56,282 nt of DNA from Patescibacteria group bacterium (GCA_035494535.1 DATJGZ010000082.1:1-56282), one strand, 5' to 3'; positions 40,659 through 52,028 are shown, numbered from the stretch's first letter. Translations and numbers: made by a program. The notes: generated by a model from the letters alone, not told the origin.

Positions 40659-42038
40659 ATGATTCTGAAATGCATCTGCACTGCCATTTTGACCTGTGCG
40701 GTCACGTACCTGCTGTCGCTATCCGCCGACATCTGGTACCACAAGGGCTTCGACTATTTCTATGCATCGCCACTGCGGTGGATTTCGGTGCAGCGGTTCC
40801 AGGCGCAACTGGACAAAAACGCGGACCCGAAGAACAAAAACCGTTATCTATACTTTTATAATTACCAGCGCGACGATGCGGGCGGCGTCGTGACCGTCTC
40901 TCCGTTCAACATGTATGGCGATTTTACGTTTTATCTGTCGTCGGCCGAACGCAAGGCCTGGTTGATCGATTCCAACGGCGCTCCGGTTTATGAATGGTTG
41001 CTGGACACGGCAAAGCTTCCGCCCGACCCCGCGCTCGAGGGAAAGACGGTCTTCAAGGTGCGTCAGCCCGATGCGGTCTGGCGTGCGTTTCTCGACCCCA
41101 ATGACGGAAGTGTCTACGCCATGTATTGCGGTACCGACCCGATCAAGGGATCGTTCGTGTCGAAGGGGATTTTCAAGGTAGACAAGGATTCGAATGTCGT
41201 CTGGGTCCGCCGCGACTTTATCCATCACGACCTGAAAATGTTCGGCGACGGATCGGTGATGGTATTCGGCGAAAATTTGCGCGAAAAACCTTATCCGGGT
41301 GCGCCAAATTTGAAGACACCGTTCGCAGAGGATTTTTTGGTCAAGCTCGATCAAAATGGGAAAGAGCAGTGGCGCGTTTCGATTCTCGATTTGATCGCCA
41401 ACTCGCCGTTCAAGAAAATTCTTCGCGAGATGGGCACGGAAGCCATTCAGAGATACATTAACGGCGATCTTCTGCACCCCAACGTAATGATCCGCGTTAC
41501 AGCGGCGGCGGCAGCGCGAAACCCGGCCCTGAAAGAGGGTGAGTATATGTTGTCGTTCCGAAATCCGGCAATGTTGATGGCGGTCGATATCGAAAAGGGA
41601 AAGGCGGTCTGGGCATCGTACGGTCCCTGGCGCGGACAACACGGCATCAACTTTCTCGATGACGGCACGCTCGCCATCTTCGACAACCTCGGCAACCTGA
41701 CCAACAAGGGCTATATGTCGCGGGTACTCGACGTCGACACCGCGACGGGCGAGATTTTGTGGCAGTATGACGGTCTTGCGAAGAACCCGGTGTACAGCTC
41801 CATCAACTCGATGACGCAGCCATTGCCGAACGGCAACATTCTGGTGACGGAGAGCATGGCCGGCAGAATGTTCGAGGTCACGCCCGACAAGGAACTCGCA
41901 TGGGATTTCCGTTCGCCCGTTCGCCTTAAGGTCAAGGCCGGAAAATTCATTCCCAACATCTATAGCGGCCTACGTTATACCCGAGACGAGCTGAAGTTCA
42001 TGAAAAACATGCCTGCGGCTTCTATCGCCACGCACTAG
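40659..42038 (+). CDS. Arylsulfotransferase (ASST)-like beta-propeller protein with an N-terminal anchor
   Basis: N-terminal TM helix. Repeated beta-strand blocks (DGSVMVFGEN, LLHPNVM, DDGTLAIFDN, NGNILVTESMAGRMFEV) are typical of the ASST family, from memory. Confidence 0.55.
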   Translation: MILKCICTAILTCAVTYLLSLSADIWYHKGFDYFYASPLRWISVQRFQAQLDKNADPKNKNRYLYFYNYQRDDAGGVVTVSPFNMYGDFTFYLSSAERKAWLIDSNGAPVYEWLLDTAKLPPDPALEGKTVFKVRQPDAVWRAFLDPNDGSVYAMYCGTDPIKGSFVSKGIFKVDKDSNVVWVRRDFIHHDLKMFGDGSVMVFGENLREKPYPGAPNLKTPFAEDFLVKLDQNGKEQWRVSILDLIANSPFKKILREMGTEAIQRYINGDLLHPNVMIRVTAAAAARNPALKEGEYMLSFRNPAMLMAVDIEKGKAVWASYGPWRGQHGINFLDDGTLAIFDNLGNLTNKGYMSRVLDVDTATGEILWQYDGLAKNPVYSSINSMTQPLPNGNILVTESMAGRMFEVTPDKELAWDFRSPVRLKVKAGKFIPNIYSGLRYTRDELKFMKNMPAASIATH

Positions 42039-42042
42039 AACG

Positions 42043-43425
42043 TCAGGACGGCATTCGTTCTTTATCGCGCCCCAGCACTGATTTGAGCAGCGCCAGCGCG
42101 AACAAGGATTCAAGCGCAATCGGCAATACCGACACCGTGAAATCATGGCTGTCCTGCGGATAGAAGAAGCCGACCAATCGGTTCGTCACGCCATGCGGAA
42201 TTTCCCCAGCCATAATCGGCAGCAGGAAGTACAAAAGGAACATGTAAACGAGCAGATAGAATCCGACGTGCCGGATCCGTCCGCTCAGGAACAGCAGATG
42301 GAATACAGCAGAGTCGCGTACGACGAGGAACGTGACAGACAGGCAGAGCATCTCGAGCCCTTGCTTGTGACCCGCCAGCATTTCGCCCGGTGCAAAGACA
42401 AACACGGCGGCAAGCGCCGGAATCATGCCGGCGGCGCTTACGACCCATGGCGGCAACGCCGTGAAGAAATCCATCGTTGCCTGTTTGCGGTATGCTGCGG
42501 CAAGGCGCTTGTATCCGGACAGATTATCCGCATTGCTGAACGCGCCGATATAGGTTGAGAAGGCGAGGAAGAAGAAGCAGAAAGTCGCCTTGCTCATCGC
42601 GATCGTTTCTTTTTCGGCGAATATTGCGAGCTGGTCGAAAAACCCGGTGACGTAGATCAGGAACGTGACCTGGAACAGCGCCCACATAATGGGCGTATTT
42701 TTGTATTGCAGGCGCGCGCGGATCATGCGTTGCGCGCCCATAACGGCCCAGAAAGAAAAGAAAGCGATACTGCCGAAGGCTAAATGAGACTGATCCACCA
42801 GCATGCCATTCCAGTGCATGGCCGGCGGCAATTGCATGATATAGCCGGCTCCGGTGTTGTAGCCGACATACTGAAGCGCGCTTATCAGCGCAAAACTACC
42901 GAAGCCGGCGCCAATCAGCGTCGAGAAGAAGTCGTGACGCGCCATGCTGGTATTGATGCTGCACAAGAAACTGACCCCGTGCGCAAGGAAGCCGCAGGCG
43001 AGGAACACCGCCGGAACCTCTATCACCAATTTGGCAAACTGAATCGGGCCGGGATGCTGCACCATGACGCAAGCCAAGTAGATCAGCAGCATTACAAATG
43101 TGCAGTACCACTGGTACGAGGCCGGGCCGAGCAGTTTGCCCCAGGTGATGCTCCACGAACTCAATGCCGACATACGCTGCAGATCCCAGCTCTGGTTTCG
43201 CATTTCGGAGGGCAGGGCGCCCGCGATGCTATGGCATCCCCAGAGATAGAGCACGGCATAGGCCATGGACTGAACGGTTCCGATGATGGTTTTCGGTACA
43301 TCGATCTCGTGGCTGCCGAAGAACCAGACCAGTCCGGCGATAACAATCGGGCCACCGATCACACGTCCCCATGAAAATTCGGTCCATAAGTTGCGATCGA
43401 GTTCGGGATTGGCGGTCAGCTTCAT
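42043..43425 (-). CDS. Polytopic membrane protein, presumed permease partner of the adjacent ABC ATPase
   Basis: 460 aa, about 12 TM segments. Its start overlaps the ATPase stop (ATGA). Confidence 0.75.
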   Translation of the reverse strand: MKLTANPELDRNLWTEFSWGRVIGGPIVIAGLVWFFGSHEIDVPKTIIGTVQSMAYAVLYLWGCHSIAGALPSEMRNQSWDLQRMSALSSWSITWGKLLGPASYQWYCTFVMLLIYLACVMVQHPGPIQFAKLVIEVPAVFLACGFLAHGVSFLCSINTSMARHDFFSTLIGAGFGSFALISALQYVGYNTGAGYIMQLPPAMHWNGMLVDQSHLAFGSIAFFSFWAVMGAQRMIRARLQYKNTPIMWALFQVTFLIYVTGFFDQLAIFAEKETIAMSKATFCFFFLAFSTYIGAFSNADNLSGYKRLAAAYRKQATMDFFTALPPWVVSAAGMIPALAAVFVFAPGEMLAGHKQGLEMLCLSVTFLVVRDSAVFHLLFLSGRIRHVGFYLLVYMFLLYFLLPIMAGEIPHGVTNRLVGFFYPQDSHDFTVSVLPIALESLFALALLKSVLGRDKERMPS

Positions 43426-44363
43426 GATTTGCCCGCCGTTTTGGTAATGTTCAAATAGCGCGTCTCCAGCGAGGCGGAGCCGGCTTTAAACGATGTGACG
43501 TTGACGCCACCTTTAACCAGCGCAGTGAGGCAATCCGATTGGGCGGTGGGCGCGTCCGGCAATGTTACAATCAGTTTTGTCTCAACCGGTCCCGTTTCCG
43601 CCCGGCTCGACAGACCCGCCGCGGTCAGGATATTCGTCGCTTTCTGAATTTCATCCCGCGAAAGAAGCGTGACTTCAACGGTTGCCGTTTGCTCAGGCAA
43701 GGTTTTCTGAGCAGATCCCTCGTGACTGATCACCCGGCCTTCCTTCATCACCAGCATGGAAGTACAGTAATCCTCGAGCTCCGCGAGGATGTGCGACGAG
43801 ACAATGATCGTCGTTCCTTGCGCCTGCAAGGTTTTCATGACAGTCGATAAATGGTGGCGCGAATCCGGATCCATGCCCGAGGCCGGCTCGTCGAGCAGAA
43901 GAAAATCCGGGCGATGCAGGATCGAGAGGGCGACGCCGAGCCGCTGTCGCCAGCCGCGGGAGAGGGCGGACGCTTTTGCATCCCGATATTCCTGCAACTG
44001 AAGCAGCTCAATGACGTCCTCGATCCGCTGCTTCTGCGCGCTTTCGGGAATTTTGTAGGCGCGGGCCATGAACAGCAAATGCTGGTAGACGGTGAGAGCG
44101 GGATAGAGACCGAATGAATCCGAGATATAGCCCATCATGGTGTGTGCGTGGCGGACGTCGTCCTCGAGGTCATTGCCCATGAAGGTGATCTTGCCGGAAA
44201 TCGGTTTATCGAGGCCCGTAAGGCAACGGAGCAATGTTGTTTTTCCCGCGCCGTTGGGGCCGACCAGCGCGGTGACGCTGCCTTTCTCTATGGCAAATGA
44301 AACATCATCAAGCGCGCGCTTGCTGCGATAGTCGAAGACGAGATGGCTGGCTTCAAGGATCAT
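43422..44363 (-). CDS. ABC transporter ATP-binding protein
   Basis: Walker A GPNGAGKTT, signature LSRGWRQRL, Walker B LLLDEPASGMD. Confidence 0.9.
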   Translation of the reverse strand: MILEASHLVFDYRSKRALDDVSFAIEKGSVTALVGPNGAGKTTLLRCLTGLDKPISGKITFMGNDLEDDVRHAHTMMGYISDSFGLYPALTVYQHLLFMARAYKIPESAQKQRIEDVIELLQLQEYRDAKASALSRGWRQRLGVALSILHRPDFLLLDEPASGMDPDSRHHLSTVMKTLQAQGTTIIVSSHILAELEDYCTSMLVMKEGRVISHEGSAQKTLPEQTATVEVTLLSRDEIQKATNILTAAGLSSRAETGPVETKLIVTLPDAPTAQSDCLTALVKGGVNVTSFKAGSASLETRYLNITKTAGKS

Positions 44364-44476
44364 GTTCTGCCTTTGCGGGATTGTACCCTAAACGCCTGCG
44401 GTGGAAATCAGGAAAAGCTTTGCATATATATACATGTGGTGTATCTCTTTGTTGTACGAATTGAAAAGGTTAACGC

Positions 44477-44848
44477 ATGGCTTCCGCCGAATTCCTTTCC
44501 AACTATCTGCCGATTATCGTCTTTCTCGTGATCGCGGGCGGACTGTCGATTGCGATGGTGGCCGCGTCGATGATTGTCGGCCGGCACCGGCCGGACAAAG
44601 CCAAGCTCTCGGCCTATGAGTGCGGTTTCGACGCCTTTCAGGATGCGCGCGGGCAGTTCGACGTTCGCTATTATCTCGTCTCGATCCTGTTCATCATCTT
44701 CGACCTCGAGATCGCGTTCCTTTTCCCGTGGGCTATTACGCTTGGCAAGATCGGCCTGTTCGGTTTCTTCTCGATGATGATTTTCCTGGGCGTCCTGACT
44801 GTCGGGTTCATCTACGAATGGAAAAAGGGCGCGCTGGACTGGGAGTAA
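44477..44848 (+). CDS. nuoA: NADH-quinone oxidoreductase subunit A
   Basis: 123 aa. Contains YECGFDAF and [14 protein letters not shown]. Confidence 0.95.
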   Translation: MASAEFLSNYLPIIVFLVIAGGLSIAMVAASMIVGRHRPDKAKLSAYECGFDAFQDARGQFDVRYYLVSILFIIFDLEIAFLFPWAITLGKIGLFGFFSMMIFLGVLTVGFIYEWKKGALDWE

Positions 44849-44854
44849 TGCTGC

Positions 44855-45430
44855 ATGACTCATGATCGCCACGTCATAAAGGCACCTAGCGTCGATCTGC
44901 GGACAACTGTTCCTCAGCCGCCTGCGATTGAGCAGGATGTCGTACCGGCTGCGATTTCCCGGCACGTGAAGGAAAAAGGCTATCTGCTGACCGCTGCCGA
45001 CAAGCTGTTCGACTGGGCGCGCACGGGTTCGATGTGGCCGATGACATTCGGTCTCGCCTGCTGCGGCGTCGAGATGATCCATTCCTACATGAGCCGCTAC
45101 GACCTCGACCGTTTCGGCATCATTCCCCGCCCGAGTCCGCGGCAGTCCGACGTCATGATCGTGGCCGGGACGCTGTGTAACAAGATGGCGCCGGCGCTAC
45201 GCAAGCTTTACGACCAGATGCCCGAGCCGCGCTGGGTGATCTCGATGGGCAGCTGCGCCAACGGTGGCGGCTATTATCACTATTCATATTCCGTCGTTCG
45301 CGGCTGCGACCGTATCGTGCCGGTTGATATCTACATCCCCGGCTGTCCGCCGACGGCCGAGGCGCTGGTTTACGGGCTTCTCCAGCTGCAAAAGAAGATC
45401 CAGCGCGAAGACACCAGAATCGCGCGCTAG
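44855..45430 (+). CDS. nuoB: NADH-quinone oxidoreductase subunit B
   Basis: Contains [23 protein letters not shown] and GCPP. Confidence 0.95.
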   Translation: MTHDRHVIKAPSVDLRTTVPQPPAIEQDVVPAAISRHVKEKGYLLTAADKLFDWARTGSMWPMTFGLACCGVEMIHSYMSRYDLDRFGIIPRPSPRQSDVMIVAGTLCNKMAPALRKLYDQMPEPRWVISMGSCANGGGYYHYSYSVVRGCDRIVPVDIYIPGCPPTAEALVYGLLQLQKKIQREDTRIAR

Positions 45431-45443
45431 GCCCTAAAATCTA

Positions 45444-45472
45444 TTGACATAATATATAGAGATGGCCAGAAT
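45444..45472 (+). promoter_or_regulatory. Sigma70-like promoter candidate inside the nuo locus
   Basis: TTGACA-N17-CAGAAT, located 19 nt before the ATG at 45491. Confidence 0.3.
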
Positions 45473-45490
45473 GTCTCGCAGGGGGCAGGG

Positions 45491-46165
45491 ATGAAGCTAT
45501 CTCGGATATTCGGTACGGCTTTGCTGGCGGTGGCGCTCGCCGGGAATGCAATTGCCGCCCAAAATACAGCGGTTACACCTCGATCTTCGCATCAAACTTC
45601 AGGTGACAATCAGCGCACTTTATCCTTCAAAATCGCTAAAGAAGTGATTGATGGAAAGGTAAAATATTACGACGAGCAGACCCATAAGATCACCTATTTC
45701 CATGACGGCGCCTATGACCAGCAAGCGCTAGCCGAGATCAACCGGCTGCTCGAAGACCATGAGAAAAATTCCGAGCCCGATCATGGAATGGATAAGGGAC
45801 TCATGGATCTCCTGTACGGTCTTAAGACTAAGGAAGAGGCAAGGCATCCTGGCCTGAACGTCGTGTTTCATGTCATTTCCGGCTACCGTAGCCCGGAGAC
45901 GAACGCCGGCCTGCGGACCGATCCGAAGAATCCTTTCCGGGCATCGGTCAGCAAGGACTCGATGCATATGCGCGCCAAAGCGATCGATATCTTCGTGCCT
46001 GAAATCCCCGGCGAGGAATTGCGCGACACGGCATGGTGCATGCAGAAGGGCGGGGTCGGCTGGTATCCGCAATTCAAGGACATGTTCCCCTATCGCTATA
46101 TCCATGTGGATACGGGCCGGGTCCGGCATTGGGGCTTTACCCCGCAGACCTTGAAATGCCCGTGA
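45491..46165 (+). CDS. DUF882 / peptidase M15A (YcbK/MepK-like) secreted protein
   Basis: Has a signal peptide. Contains VISGYRSPETNAGL, SMHMRAKAIDI and YIHVDTG (the H-x6-D...H zinc site of M15). Confidence 0.85.
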   Translation: MKLSRIFGTALLAVALAGNAIAAQNTAVTPRSSHQTSGDNQRTLSFKIAKEVIDGKVKYYDEQTHKITYFHDGAYDQQALAEINRLLEDHEKNSEPDHGMDKGLMDLLYGLKTKEEARHPGLNVVFHVISGYRSPETNAGLRTDPKNPFRASVSKDSMHMRAKAIDIFVPEIPGEELRDTAWCMQKGGVGWYPQFKDMFPYRYIHVDTGRVRHWGFTPQTLKCP

Positions 46166-46199
46166 ATTCCATGTGCTAAGGGCCAATTTACCGATAATT

Positions 46200-46245
46200 A
46201 ATCCCCTATCTTTACAATTAAATCAAATAAATAGGGGATTTTTTT
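46200..46245 (+). terminator. Intrinsic terminator between the M15 gene and the next ORF
   Basis: 10-bp stem AATCCCCTAT/ATAGGGGATT with a 21-nt loop, then TTTTT. Confidence 0.6.
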
Positions 46246-47659
46246 GTCGCAGCATCCGCCGGTCAACGACGACCCGATTCAGGAAACCGCGCCGCCGGGC
46301 ACCACTTATAAAACCGTCACGTCCCGGATGGTGGAGGATTTGGGCAAGCGCGTCGTCGGCGGCCAACCCCTCAAGCCGGAAGATCTGAAAGGATGGGGCC
46401 CGCAAGCAACGAGAACGCTTTCGCGCTGGCTCGGAGTTGAAGTCGGCATGGATATAACGAATGCGGGCAATCTGCTGAGCCGCGCAAGGTCGAGCAACCT
46501 ATCGTCCGAACAGGTTGAGGAAGAGGCCAAAAAGCAGATCAGCAACGCAAAGATGCGGGATGATTTTATAAAAAATTATCACCGGGGCATGTCGTCGCAG
46601 GAATTGACCGCCCTGTCGCAAATGCTGAATGACGACCAGCGGGCGTTCGACCAGAATAACGGCAAAGTTATTGGCGATCGGATGTCCGCGATCGGCTCGC
46701 CGCCGGTCCTTGTAAATGTCAGCGCAAGCGCATTCAAGGCGGGCGATAACTCCGTCACCAGAGATAAATCCAATGGCAACTATAAATACGCGGACGTCAC
46801 TTCGGATATGGCGATGAAGGTTGCCAATGATCTTCTCATGGGCCGCCGCGATCAGGTCAAGGGAGCGATAACGGGCTGGGGCGTTGACGGTCTCGCCAAG
46901 CCCTTTGCCGAATGGCGCGGCCATCTGTGGCCCGAGGACCTCAACAAGGCTTCCGCAGCCCTCACTGCCATAGGAACGCCCGAATACGCCGACCAGCTGA
47001 AAAAAATCCAGAGTCCTGAACTGAAGGCGCTGGTCGAAAAAGGGAATTCCGACTTCAACAACGGCAAATCGCGCAATGACATCGCGCACGATTTTGATAT
47101 GGGACAAAAACAGATTTATGGCGCAACAATTACAGTGCAGAACGATGCTCTTGGCGTCGTGCGTGCCCGTGAAGCACAGTTCCTTGCGCAAAAGCAGAAT
47201 GGGCAGGGAAAGTCAGCCGATCCCATTGTCCCTGCACCTATAAGCGCGGCACCGTCCGCAGCGGCTCCTGGCAGCGATATCGCCAAGGTAGCGCAAACGT
47301 TTGCGCATGAACCTTACAGCAAATGGCCGACTTTGAATGGCTGGACGGTTGAAAATATTGCAAAGCTCCAGATCAAGGCGAACGATCAGATCCGCAGGGA
47401 CCGGGACGAGGCGCTCGGGATCGCTATGGATGCCGTCGACAACCGCAAGCGCATCGACGATATACAAAATCCCGTGATGAAAACGATTGTCGATCGTGAC
47501 ATTGCCGTGGGCCAGCCGTACGAAGTTATCGCAAAACACATCCAGGACGCGGCAAAGAGTCAGACCGCAGCGGTCAATGATCGCATTCAAAATACGACGC
47601 CAGGCGTATCCCCGCCGCCGCAGAAACTTTCGTCACCCGGTGGACCAGGCGGGGCCTAA
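46244..47659 (+). CDS. Orphan 471-aa protein inserted between nuoB and nuoC
   Basis: GC-rich coding statistics. The TTG start at 46244 lies 6 nt after GGGGA. No family recognised. Alternative ATG at 46328. Confidence 0.65.
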   Translation: MSQHPPVNDDPIQETAPPGTTYKTVTSRMVEDLGKRVVGGQPLKPEDLKGWGPQATRTLSRWLGVEVGMDITNAGNLLSRARSSNLSSEQVEEEAKKQISNAKMRDDFIKNYHRGMSSQELTALSQMLNDDQRAFDQNNGKVIGDRMSAIGSPPVLVNVSASAFKAGDNSVTRDKSNGNYKYADVTSDMAMKVANDLLMGRRDQVKGAITGWGVDGLAKPFAEWRGHLWPEDLNKASAALTAIGTPEYADQLKKIQSPELKALVEKGNSDFNNGKSRNDIAHDFDMGQKQIYGATITVQNDALGVVRAREAQFLAQKQNGQGKSADPIVPAPISAAPSAAAPGSDIAKVAQTFAHEPYSKWPTLNGWTVENIAKLQIKANDQIRRDRDEALGIAMDAVDNRKRIDDIQNPVMKTIVDRDIAVGQPYEVIAKHIQDAAKSQTAAVNDRIQNTTPGVSPPPQKLSSPGGPGGA

Positions 47660-47688
47660 CTTCCTCTGAATTAAAGAACATTTTCCCT

Positions 47689-47717
47689 TTGAACGCTTCA
47701 CGGCGCAGGGCTATATT
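47689..47717 (+). promoter_or_regulatory. Sigma70-like promoter candidate upstream of nuoC
   Basis: TTGAAC-N17-TATATT, located 41 nt before the ATG at 47758. Confidence 0.35.
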
Positions 47718-47757
47718 GGGCCGGCGTTACTTTATTATACGGAGTCCCGGAATCCCC

Positions 47758-48405
47758 ATGACTGATGAGCCTTTTGCCGATCTGCTGACCCATATCAATA
47801 ACGGCCTCGGGGATGCCATCTTCGCGCACGAGATTCAGCGCGGGCAGCTGGCATTGCGGACCCATCGTGACGATATAGTGAAAGTCTTGCGGTTCCTGCG
47901 CGACGATGCGCTTTGCGAATTCAAGGTTCTGGTCGACGTTTTGGGCGTCGATTTCCCCGAGCGGCCCGAGCGCTTCGAGGTCGTTTACAATCTGCTGTCG
48001 CTGAGCCGCAACCAGCGCATACGCGTGAAAGTCACCACGGACGAAGACAAGCCGGTTCCGACGGTAACGGGCGTCTACAGCGCCGCGGGCTGGCTCGAGC
48101 GCGAAGTATGGGACATGTATGGCGTTTATTTCTCCGGCCATCCGGACCTGCGGCGCATCCTGACCGATTACGGTTTTGACGGTCATCCGCAGCGCAAGGA
48201 TTTCCCTCTGACCGGCTATGTCGAACTGCGCTGGGACGATGAGCAAAAGCGCGTTGTCTACGAGCCCGTGAAGTTGACTCAGGACTTCCGGACATTCGAC
48301 TTCGTCTCCCCATGGGAAGGCATGACGAATGTGCAATTGCCGGGTGATGAAAAAGCGGTCAAGCCGTTGGGCGGCCCCGACCGGATGAAGGAGAAGGAAC
48401 TGTGA
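47758..48405 (+). CDS. nuoC: NADH-quinone oxidoreductase subunit C
   Basis: Contains [40 protein letters not shown]. Confidence 0.9.
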   Translation: MTDEPFADLLTHINNGLGDAIFAHEIQRGQLALRTHRDDIVKVLRFLRDDALCEFKVLVDVLGVDFPERPERFEVVYNLLSLSRNQRIRVKVTTDEDKPVPTVTGVYSAAGWLEREVWDMYGVYFSGHPDLRRILTDYGFDGHPQRKDFPLTGYVELRWDDEQKRVVYEPVKLTQDFRTFDFVSPWEGMTNVQLPGDEKAVKPLGGPDRMKEKEL

Positions 48406-49631
48406 GCGCGCAGCCCTTGAAAAAAGAAGAGCCGGAAGCGGTCGCTCTGGCATCCGAGACGCAAATCCGGCCCTATACGATGAACTTCGGTCCGCAGCAC
48501 CCCGCGGCGCACGGCGTGTTGCGCCTGGTGCTGGAACTTGACGGCGAAGTGGTCGAGCGCGCGGATCCGCATATCGGTCTGCTGCACCGGGGCACGGAAA
48601 AGCTGATCGAGTACAAGACCTACACCCAGGCGGTGCCTTACTTCGACCGGCTCGATTACGTCGCGCCGATGAATCAGGAGCATGCCTATGCGCTGGCGGT
48701 CGAAAAGCTGCTTGGCATCAAGGCGCCGTTGCGGGCGCAGTATATCAGGGTGCTCTTCAGCGAGCTGACGCGGATCATGAACCACTTGCTGAACATAACG
48801 ACCTTCGCGCTCGACGTCGGCGCCATCACGCCGGCACTGTGGGGATTCGAGGAGCGCGAAAAAGGAATGGAATTCTACGACCGCGTTTGCGGTGCGCGCC
48901 TGCACGCCAACTATTTCCGCCCCGGCGGCGTTCGGTGGGACATGCCCAGGGGCCTCGCCGAGGACATGAAGAACTGGGTCGACAACTCAATCATCAAGGT
49001 GATCGATGACCTCGGCAATCTCCTGACCGATAACCGCATCTTCAAGCAGCGAACGGTTGATATTGGAACCGTCTCCAAGGAACAGGCGCTCGATTGGGGC
49101 TTCTCCGGTCCGATGCTGCGGGCCTCGGGCGTCGCGTGGGATCTGCGCAAGTCGCAACCCTATGAGGTATACGACAAGATGGAATTCGACATTCCCGTGG
49201 GCAAGACCGGCGACTGTTACGCGCGCTACCTGGTGCGCATGGAAGAAATGCGCCAGTCCGTGAAGATCATGCAGCAGTGCCTCGCGCAGCTGCCCGAAGG
49301 TCCGGTGATGGTCGACGACCACAAGGTCACGCCGCCGCCCCGCGCCGAGATGAAACGCTCGATGGAAGCGCTGATCCACCACTTCAAGCTGTTCACCGAG
49401 GGCTATCACGTGCCGGCCGGCGAAGCTTACGCCGCCGTGGAAGCGCCGAAGGGTGAGTTCGGCGTCTATATCGTGGCCGATGGAACCAACAAACCGTACC
49501 GCTGCCGCATCCGCGCGCCGGGTTTCCTGCATCTGCAGGGACTCGACTTCATGAGCCGCGGCCATATGCTGGCCGACACGGTGGCGGTGATCGGCTCGAT
49601 GGATATCGTGTTCGGGGAGATCGATCGGTAA
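48402..49631 (+). CDS. nuoD: NADH-quinone oxidoreductase subunit D
   Basis: GTGA overlap with nuoC. Contains [15 protein letters not shown] and [12 protein letters not shown], and ends in GEIDR. Confidence 0.95.
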   Translation: MSAQPLKKEEPEAVALASETQIRPYTMNFGPQHPAAHGVLRLVLELDGEVVERADPHIGLLHRGTEKLIEYKTYTQAVPYFDRLDYVAPMNQEHAYALAVEKLLGIKAPLRAQYIRVLFSELTRIMNHLLNITTFALDVGAITPALWGFEEREKGMEFYDRVCGARLHANYFRPGGVRWDMPRGLAEDMKNWVDNSIIKVIDDLGNLLTDNRIFKQRTVDIGTVSKEQALDWGFSGPMLRASGVAWDLRKSQPYEVYDKMEFDIPVGKTGDCYARYLVRMEEMRQSVKIMQQCLAQLPEGPVMVDDHKVTPPPRAEMKRSMEALIHHFKLFTEGYHVPAGEAYAAVEAPKGEFGVYIVADGTNKPYRCRIRAPGFLHLQGLDFMSRGHMLADTVAVIGSMDIVFGEIDR

Positions 49632-50461
49632 TGACCGACATGCCGAAAAGCGGGGAACTGGCTGCCGATGCCCGTCAATTCGTGCGGGATAACAAGAAAT
49701 TTTTCTGGGATTATCTAAAGCCGCTCTTGTTGCCCTTCATTGTTATGGACGCCATAGCGCACGTCGGCGCCACCATATCGCCGGCGTTCACGATTGCCAG
49801 TCTCGTTACGGCGTACATTTCCGCATGTTTCGTTCTGGCGTGGCATCGTGCAGTATTATTAGGCCCCCAAAGCAATCACGCCGTTAATCCGTTTCTGCTC
49901 AAGAAAGGCGAGGGCGGCTTCATACTTATTTTCTTTCTGGTCGCCATAACGCCGGCCGCTGTCATGATGTGCGGATTGCTTCCCGTCATCGGCGCGGCGC
50001 TGACCAAGAACATGGTGCTGACGGTGGTAGCTTCCCTGGTAACGATTGTCGCCTTTGTCTATGCGATCATTCTAGGGATGAGCTTTGCATTCGTTCTGCC
50101 AGCGCGCTCAGTCGGCGTTAAGCTTTCCTTCAGGGAAGCTAGAAAAATTGCTAGAGGTCTTATCTGGAAACTTTTCTGGACGGGCATTCGCGTTTCATTC
50201 GGCCCGGCCTTTCTGATCGGTCTATGGTACGGAATAATGGCGGTCGTGGTTATCAGCATGCCCGGCATGTCGGTCATGAAAACCGATTTTGCCGGCAAGA
50301 ATCAGGAAGAACTCACGATGCCGGGCGCTGCCATTCTCTATCTGGTCGGAGGACTGCCTCTCATTTATTTCCACTTCATGATCGTTGCAAGAAACATCAC
50401 TGTGCTTTCCAAACTTTACCAATGGTCGGTGCAGAACCGTGCGCCGGAGCAAGCAAAATGA
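49631..50461 (+). CDS. Orphan polytopic membrane protein inserted between nuoD and nuoE
   Basis: TAATG overlap with nuoD and ATGA overlap with nuoE, so it is translationally embedded. About 6 TM helices. Confidence 0.7.
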   Translation: MTDMPKSGELAADARQFVRDNKKFFWDYLKPLLLPFIVMDAIAHVGATISPAFTIASLVTAYISACFVLAWHRAVLLGPQSNHAVNPFLLKKGEGGFILIFFLVAITPAAVMMCGLLPVIGAALTKNMVLTVVASLVTIVAFVYAIILGMSFAFVLPARSVGVKLSFREARKIARGLIWKLFWTGIRVSFGPAFLIGLWYGIMAVVVISMPGMSVMKTDFAGKNQEELTMPGAAILYLVGGLPLIYFHFMIVARNITVLSKLYQWSVQNRAPEQAK

Positions 50462-51111
50462 AACCCAAGTTCGAACTGAACGCCGATTACCAGCCCGCCA
50501 GCTTTGCCTTCCGCGACAAGAAGCAGGTCGAGGAAATTCTTGGGCGCTATCCGAAGGGATTCCAGCGCAGCGCGGTCATGCCGCTGCTCGATCTTGCCCA
50601 GCGTCAGGTCGCAGAAGACGGCGCGAAGGCCAAGCCGCCCTATGGCGGCTGGATTCCGCGCGCGGCAATGGACGAAATTGCAAGCATCGTCGGTATCGCG
50701 CCGATCAAGGTCTACGAGGTGGCGACTTTCTATTCGATGTACAATCTGGCGCCCGTGGGCAAGTTTCTCGTGCAGCATTGCACCACCACGCCGTGCTGGC
50801 TTCGCGGCTCGGCCGATATAGTAAAGGCTTGCGAAAAGCACCTCGGGATCCACACCGGCGAAAGCACCAAGGACGGTTATTTCACGACGAAGGAAGTTGA
50901 GTGCCTCGGTGCCTGCGTCAACGCGCCGATGGTGCAGATCAATGATGAGTACTATGAGGATTTGACCCCGACGCGCGTGGTCGAGATCCTGAAAGCGCTC
51001 AAGGACGGCAAGGACGTGCCGGCCGGATCCCAGACCGGACGACGGACGTCCATGGCCGCGAGCGGGCCGACGACGCTCATGGAAAAAGCCAAGAAAACAG
51101 GCGTTTCCTGA
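50458..51111 (+). CDS. nuoE: NADH-quinone oxidoreductase subunit E
   Basis: Chosen ATG at 50458. Contains AVMPLLDLAQRQ, the HCTTTPCWLRG...CLGACVNAP 2Fe-2S motif and MVQINDEYYEDL. Confidence 0.9.
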   Translation: MKPKFELNADYQPASFAFRDKKQVEEILGRYPKGFQRSAVMPLLDLAQRQVAEDGAKAKPPYGGWIPRAAMDEIASIVGIAPIKVYEVATFYSMYNLAPVGKFLVQHCTTTPCWLRGSADIVKACEKHLGIHTGESTKDGYFTTKEVECLGACVNAPMVQINDEYYEDLTPTRVVEILKALKDGKDVPAGSQTGRRTSMAASGPTTLMEKAKKTGVS

Positions 51112-51152
51112 ACTTTCTTGACCATTACCATAAATGATCCCTATCCTGCGGC

Positions 51153-52028
51153 ATGACAATAAGCCGCAGGGAGTTCCTAAAGAAATCGGCGCTCGCGCTT
51201 GCCTTCGCCGCCGTCGCCGGCGCGGTCGACGGGCTATTGATCGAACCCAACTGGATTCGCAACCGCGAGTATGAGTTGGTTACGCCTAAATGGCCGAAGG
51301 AGATGGGCCCGCTGACCATCGCCATCGCTGCGGATTTGCATGTAGGTTGCCCATCCGTTTCGCTCAAGACGATAGATAAGATCAGCAAGCGGCTCAACGA
51401 TATGAACGCCGATATGATCTTGCTGCTCGGTGATTTCCTGACCGCCCGCGGGAAAGATGGGCTTGTCGTCGGCGGTGAATATGTGCCGCCCGAACCGATC
51501 GCGGAAAGACTGGCGCAGCTTCACGCGCCGCTCGGCGTTCACGCGGTGCTCGGCAATCACGATTGGTTGTGCGACGGCAGGGGCATGTGGAAAGCCTTGG
51601 AGAAATCCGGAATTCATGTGTATGAAAACAGCGCCGTTCATATCGTTGCGCCGGATAAAAGCTTCTGGCTCGCCGGGCTTGCCGATGACACAACGCGCAA
51701 GCCGGATCTCAAGGGGACTTTCAATCAGGTTACGAACGGAGATCCGATTATTTCGATGATGCACGACCCTGGGACCTTTCTGGATCGGAACGGCCTTTCG
51801 GTCGTTTCGCTGGCGGGACATACACATGGCGGGCAGGTATCCCTGCCGATAATTGGGGCCCCCTACAAATTTACCGGCCGGGCGCCCGAGCACTATGCCT
51901 ACGGCCACATTATCGAGGGCGGCGAGGACTTGATTGTCACCAGCGGAATCGGCACCAGTATGTTGCCGGTTCGGGTTGGCGTGAATGCATTGCCGGAAGT
52001 CGTCAAGCTTACCATTCGCCACCCCTGA
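51153..52028 (+). CDS. Tat-signal metallophosphoesterase inserted between nuoE and nuoF
   Basis: MTISRREFLKKSALALAFAAVAGA. Motifs: ADLHVG, LLGDF, GNHD, GHTHGGQ. Confidence 0.85.
   Translation: MTISRREFLKKSALALAFAAVAGAVDGLLIEPNWIRNREYELVTPKWPKEMGPLTIAIAADLHVGCPSVSLKTIDKISKRLNDMNADMILLLGDFLTARGKDGLVVGGEYVPPEPIAERLAQLHAPLGVHAVLGNHDWLCDGRGMWKALEKSGIHVYENSAVHIVAPDKSFWLAGLADDTTRKPDLKGTFNQVTNGDPIISMMHDPGTFLDRNGLSVVSLAGHTHGGQVSLPIIGAPYKFTGRAPEHYAYGHIIEGGEDLIVTSGIGTSMLPVRVGVNALPEVVKLTIRHP

Noticed and set aside
47698-49565. Minus-strand ORFs of 190-250 aa across nuoC and nuoD
   Set aside because: These are antisense shadows of unambiguous nuo genes.
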